In this document: positions 25,711 through 29,806 of the stretch, piece by piece | Layout: the number at the start of each line of letters is the position of its first letter | Position numbering within the stretch: the stretch's first letter is position 1 | NCBI GenBank assembly: GCA_032128115.1 | Contig: JAQBHB010000085.1 | Span: 1 to 29,806 of the forward strand | Source: Deltaproteobacteria bacterium | GTDB taxonomy: Bacteria > Myxococcota_A > UBA9160 > SMWR01 | Length of the DNA: 29,806 nt | Reading direction: 5' to 3' | Translations under genes and position numbers: made by a program | The notes under the pieces: generated by a model | Databases searched by the model: none | Told to the model about the DNA's origin: nothing | What the model saw: only the letters and a program-made list of their open reading frames with translations

Positions 25711-27354
25711 ATGGCGGAGATCAACGGCGGACAGATCACGGCGCGACAGCTCGTGGCCGCGGGCATCGACACGGTCTTCGGCGTGGTGGCCGGCCCCATG
25801 ATCGAGCTGTTCGCCGGCGCCCAGGAAGAGGGCCTGCGCGTGATCGGCTGCCGCCACGAGGAGAACGCGGCCTTCATGGCCTCGGCCTGGGGTTACCAGA
25901 AGCGCAAACCCGGTGTCGTGATCGCGGGCTCCGGCCCCGCCGTTACCAACACGGTGACCCCCATGTACGTGGCCACGGCCAGCGCCATGCCGCTGGTCGT
26001 CCTCGGCGGCTCCAGCTACAGCGCTACCCGCGGCATCGGAAGCTTCCAGGAGGCCCAGCAGATGGCGTTTGCCGCGCCCGCCTGCAAGGCTACCGAGCAG
26101 ATCGACAGCACGGGCCGGATCGCAGAACTCCTGCACCTGGCACTGGGCCGAGCGGTAAGCGGAAGACCCGGCGCGGTCTATCTGGACTACCCGGGCGACG
26201 TCGTCGCTCGCCGAATTCCCGAAAACGAAGCGGGGCTGCGACTGCGCGCTCCCGAGATCGCGCGTCCCCATCCGGATCCCAACGCCATCGACCGGGTCGC
26301 CGACCTGTTGGCGGGCGCCCGGCGGCCCCTGGTGATGGTGGGAAAGGGAGCCGCCTGGGCCGACGCGGGCGAGGCGCTCACGCGCCTGGTGGGTCGCGGC
26401 ATCCCGTACGTTACATCGCCCATGGCCCGGGGCGTGATTCCCGACGACGATCCCCACTTCCTGAACGGCGCGCGCTCGGCCGCGCTGGCCGGCGCGGATG
26501 TGATCCTGATGGTGGGTGGCCGCTTCAACTGGATCTTCGGGTTCGGCCGACCGCCGCGCTACCGCAGCGACGTGCGCATTGCGCAGATCGATCTGGTGGC
26601 CGAGGAGATGTACAGCGCTTCGGACGTGGAAATCGGCATCGTGGCCGATGCGGCGGTGGCGGCGGAATCCCTGTGTCGGGCGCTGGACGGGCGCAAGATC
26701 TCCTGCGAACCGGGCTGGCTCGCGCATCTGCGGGAGCAGCGCGAGCACAACGAAGCCGCCCTGGTCGGGGCCATGACGTCCGATTCGGTTCCCATCAATC
26801 CCTACCGGCTGGTGGCCGAGGTGCGCGCCGTGCTGGGCCGCGACGCCACGCTCTCGGTGGACGGCGAGACCATCATGGGAATCAGTCGCGTGTTGCTGCC
26901 CAGCTACGAGGCGCGCACCCGGCTGAACGCAGGCACCACCGGCTGCATGGGCACAGGCCTGCCCTATGCCCTGGGGGCCAAACTTGCCCGACCCGACCGG
27001 CCCTCGGTTGCGGTGCTTGGCGACTACGCCTTCGGCGCCGCTGCCATGGAGGTGGAGACCGCCGCGCGCGTGGGCATCCCGGCGGTGATCGTGGTGGCGA
27101 ACAACGAGGGCATCGCCGGCCACCTGCTCCAGGACCACATGCTGCCGCCGGGCTCACCGCCCATCGCAAGTCTGCTGCCCGCCGACTACGAAAAGATGGT
27201 GGAGATGGTGGGCGGCCACGCCGAGCGCGTGGAGCAGCCCGAGGAGATCCGGCCGGCGCTCGAGCGTGCGCTGTCCGCCGACCAGGTGGCACTTGTTCAC
27301 GTGCGCGTCGATCCGAAGGCCACGCGCTTGTCCGGCGGCAACTACCTGAAGTAG
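25711..27354 (+). CDS. TPP-dependent enzyme, 2-hydroxyacyl-CoA lyase / oxalyl-CoA decarboxylase family
   Basis: ATG 25711 after GGAGG. RHEENAAFMA, GSFQE, GRPGAVYLD, GKGAAW, GGRFNWI, RLNAGTTGCMGTG, TPP motif GDYAFG...NNEG. 547 aa. Confidence 0.9.
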   Translation: MAEINGGQITARQLVAAGIDTVFGVVAGPMIELFAGAQEEGLRVIGCRHEENAAFMASAWGYQKRKPGVVIAGSGPAVTNTVTPMYVATASAMPLVVLGGSSYSATRGIGSFQEAQQMAFAAPACKATEQIDSTGRIAELLHLALGRAVSGRPGAVYLDYPGDVVARRIPENEAGLRLRAPEIARPHPDPNAIDRVADLLAGARRPLVMVGKGAAWADAGEALTRLVGRGIPYVTSPMARGVIPDDDPHFLNGARSAALAGADVILMVGGRFNWIFGFGRPPRYRSDVRIAQIDLVAEEMYSASDVEIGIVADAAVAAESLCRALDGRKISCEPGWLAHLREQREHNEAALVGAMTSDSVPINPYRLVAEVRAVLGRDATLSVDGETIMGISRVLLPSYEARTRLNAGTTGCMGTGLPYALGAKLARPDRPSVAVLGDYAFGAAAMEVETAARVGIPAVIVVANNEGIAGHLLQDHMLPPGSPPIASLLPADYEKMVEMVGGHAERVEQPEEIRPALERALSADQVALVHVRVDPKATRLSGGNYLK

Positions 27355-27364
27355 GCAATCCGGA

Positions 27365-28072
27365 TCAGGCCGGGTCGGACCTTCGGGGACGCGAGAAACG
27401 GCTACCGGGCGGATCCGAGACCCACGCGGCCGACGACCCCCACTCTTCTTCGTATACGAGATTGGCCACGGGCTGACGTCGCAGCGGGCCGTGGCCTCCC
27501 TCGGGTCGCCCCAGGGTGATCGTGAGCGAGAGGCCCACCTGCTCGGGAATCCGGAGCACGGCACGCAGCTTCTCCTCCACCGGGAAGTGCCAGACACTGA
27601 AGCAGGCGCCGTAGCCCAGGGCCCGCGCCGCCAGAAACAGGTTCTGGCAGGCCGGATAGATCGACGCGCCCTCGAAGGAATGGGGCGCCCCCCGACGCAG
27701 CAGGCACGCGAGCACCACCACCGGGATCGTCTCGAAACGGTCCACGAACTGCTGCATGGCCCGGGCCGTTCGCGACTTGCGCGAGCTGGGGTCGGCCCCG
27801 GAACCTCGCTCCCAGCCCTCGGTCGACGACTTGCGCGCCCAGTTCTGACGGAATCCCTCCGCCAGCAGGGCCTTGGCCTCCCGGGCCCTGGGGCCGTCTC
27901 GCAGCACCAGGAAACGGAAGGGTTGCTCGTTGGAACCCGACGGAGCCCGGGTCGCAGCGTATAGGATCGTCCCCAGATCCCCGTCGGGAACCGGATCGGG
28001 GAGGTAGCGGTGGATGCTGCGGGCCGTGGCCATCGCATCCAGTAGATCGGGCATTCGCTCCCCTGCTGTCAT
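27365..28072 (-). CDS. Nitroreductase family protein
   Basis: ATG 28072 after GGAGGA. RSIHRYLPDPVP, ATRAPSGSNEQPFRFLV, SIYPACQNLFLAARALGYGA, ITLGRP. 235 aa. Confidence 0.93.
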   Translation of the reverse strand: MTAGERMPDLLDAMATARSIHRYLPDPVPDGDLGTILYAATRAPSGSNEQPFRFLVLRDGPRAREAKALLAEGFRQNWARKSSTEGWERGSGADPSSRKSRTARAMQQFVDRFETIPVVVLACLLRRGAPHSFEGASIYPACQNLFLAARALGYGACFSVWHFPVEEKLRAVLRIPEQVGLSLTITLGRPEGGHGPLRRQPVANLVYEEEWGSSAAWVSDPPGSRFSRPRRSDPA

Positions 28073-28109
28073 GGCATATCCTCCGCGAGCGCCAAAAAGG
28101 AGTGATGCG

Positions 28110-28889
28110 ATGATACTCGAGGGGAAGACGCTGGTCGTGTCGGGCGTGGGTCCAGGGCTCGGAAGCGAAGTCGCGCGACTCGCCCTGCGCGATGGCGCCA
28201 ACGTGGTGATGGGCGCACGCCAGGCCGAGCGTCTGAAGGCGATTGCCAGCGAGCTCGATCCATCGGGCAAGCGGGTCGCCATCCAGCCCACCGACATCAC
28301 CGACGCAGCCCAATGCGAGAAGCTGGTGGGCACGGCCGTGCAACGCTTCGGCGGCGCCGACGCCCTGGCCCAGGTGGCAGCCCTGGACACGATCTTCGGC
28401 GGCGTCCAGGATGCGAAGGCCGAAGACTGGCAGGCCTCGTTTGCCACCAACGTGGTAGGTCCCGCCAACCTGGTGCGCGCCATGGTGCCAGCGCTCAAAA
28501 AGCGAGACGGCGGCTCGATCGTCCTGATCGGCTCCCAATCGAGCTCGGTTCCCCAGCTTCCCCAGATCGCCTACGCCTCGGCCAAGGGCGCCCTGCACAC
28601 GGCCATGTTCTACATGGCCAAGGAGCTCGGTCCGGACAAGATTCGCGTGAACACGGTGGTGCCCACCTGGATGTGGGGTCCGCCGGTCGAGGCCTACGTG
28701 AAGATCAAATCCATGCAGGAGAAGATTTCCGAGCAGCAGGTGATCGACGGCATCACTGCGAACATGCCGCTTGGCGAGATCCCCGCCGACGAGGACGTGG
28801 CCGAGGCGGTGATCTTCCTGTGTTCCAACCGGGCGCGCATGATCACGGGCCAGTCGCTTCTGGTGAACGCCGGCGAGTTGATGCGCTGA
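28110..28889 (+). CDS. Short-chain dehydrogenase/reductase (SDR)
   Basis: ATG 28110 after AAGGAG. SGVGPGLG, TDITD, GS, YASAK (YxxxK), IRVNTVVP, ITGQSLLVNAG. 259 aa. Confidence 0.95.
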   Translation: MILEGKTLVVSGVGPGLGSEVARLALRDGANVVMGARQAERLKAIASELDPSGKRVAIQPTDITDAAQCEKLVGTAVQRFGGADALAQVAALDTIFGGVQDAKAEDWQASFATNVVGPANLVRAMVPALKKRDGGSIVLIGSQSSSVPQLPQIAYASAKGALHTAMFYMAKELGPDKIRVNTVVPTWMWGPPVEAYVKIKSMQEKISEQQVIDGITANMPLGEIPADEDVAEAVIFLCSNRARMITGQSLLVNAGELMR

Positions 28890-29806
28890 CGCGATACGGG
28901 CGCACGGCGCTTCTCACGGCCAGGTCGCCCCGCTGCCATACGAGCCGTCCTCGACACCAGGTGGCGGTCACGCGCTCGCTGGAAAGCTCGCGGCGCATCG
29001 TGTCCCAGGGTGCATCCAGAAGGCACAGGTCCGCGGGAGCGCCGGCGACCACCCGCCGGGGCGGCCCACCGGGCGCGTGGGCCGGAGAGGTGAAGAGCGC
29101 GAGTGCCCGCTCCGGCGATAGCGCTTCGTCCGATCCCAGTGAGCGGCCCGACGCGGTGCGCCGCGTTACGGCGGCGCGCACGGCGAGCCAGGGATCGGGG
29201 TCGCCGAAGGGCGCATCGGTTCCGGCGGCAAGGGGCAGCGACGCCTCCACGAACCCCGCACAGCGATACAGCCACGGCTGTTCGGAGGCCTCCACCTCCA
29301 CGGCGTAGGCGTCGCCGCGCTCGAAGATGAAATTGGGCTGGGTTACCACGCTCACGCCGAGCCCGGCCAGCAACACCATCACGTCGGGCGGGGCCACGGC
29401 CGCGTGCTCGATGCGATCGCCCTCGACCACACCCACTTCGGCGAGGGCACGCAGCGCCACCACCAGTTCGGTGCGCGTAACGCAGTGGACGGCCACGGCT
29501 CTTCCGCCGCGATGGGCCGCTTCCAGGGTCGCGCACAGGCTGTGAAACGCCGGCAGCCGGGTCTCGCTCAGCAGGATCTTGACGGCCCCGCGTTCGAGTG
29601 CCGGGTGCTGGAGGTCGGGCAGGTCGAGCCCCCCCATCACCAGAAGGCGCTGGGGAAGCTCCCAGTCGCTGACCGCCGCAGCGAGGGCTGCCAGCGTCCC
29701 GGCATCGTTGCCCGGTGTGGCGTCGGTTGCTCCCGTCACGCCGTAGCGCGCCAGGCGCTGGCCCACTGCCGTCAGATCCGGGCGCGCGCTCGAACCCAGC
29801 TGTGTG
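28843..29806 (-). CDS. Amidohydrolase family 3 protein (5' end outside the window)
   Basis: Frame is open from the window edge. GVTGATDATP, VKILL, VAVHCV, DRIEHA, VVTQPNF, AAGTDAP, GAPADLCLLD, TWCRGRLV. Confidence 0.88.
   Translation of the reverse strand, partial: TQLGSSARPDLTAVGQRLARYGVTGATDATPGNDAGTLAALAAAVSDWELPQRLLVMGGLDLPDLQHPALERGAVKILLSETRLPAFHSLCATLEAAHRGGRAVAVHCVTRTELVVALRALAEVGVVEGDRIEHAAVAPPDVMVLLAGLGVSVVTQPNFIFERGDAYAVEVEASEQPWLYRCAGFVEASLPLAAGTDAPFGDPDPWLAVRAAVTRRTASGRSLGSDEALSPERALALFTSPAHAPGGPPRRVVAGAPADLCLLDAPWDTMRRELSSERVTATWCRGRLVWQRGDLAVRSAVRPYRVSASTRRRSPEATGP

Noticed and set aside
1..29806. CRISPR arrays, tRNA/rRNA, IS elements, prophage or defence genes
   Set aside because: None seen. 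Intergenic gaps are all under about 120 nt, with no spaced repeats, transposase or integrase motifs.

Overview
High-GC, densely coding bacterial window (about 25 genes) with no rRNA, tRNA, CRISPR array or mobile element visible. Most of it is CoA-dependent catabolism: a CaiB-type CoA transferase, three acyl-CoA dehydrogenase genes (two forming an adjacent long/short pair), an aldehyde dehydrogenase, two crotonase-family proteins, a pseudo-HMG-CoA-synthase/DUF35 fusion with a thiolase, an acyl-CoA ligase, an OYE-like flavin oxidoreductase, a TPP-dependent HACL/OXC-family enzyme, a nitroreductase, an SDR and two amidohydrolases. It also carries an AlgI/AlgJ-like O-acetylation pair and a membrane polyamine module (stand-alone TM domain + speD + TM-spermidine-synthase, facing a third spermidine-synthase-like membrane protein). 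The best hidden signal is a gene absent from the ORF track: 16160..16618 encodes an AhpD/CMD-like protein whose CxxC motif reads C-D-T-[TGA], with a SECIS-like hairpin loop 20 nt downstream, so it is a probable selenoprotein. Other non-canonical signals: a polysaccharide deacetylase that seems to need a CTG start, a frameshifted Thr-type sulfatase-TPR gene, and three probable leaderless promoters. All family assignments come from motif recognition by eye; no database search was run.
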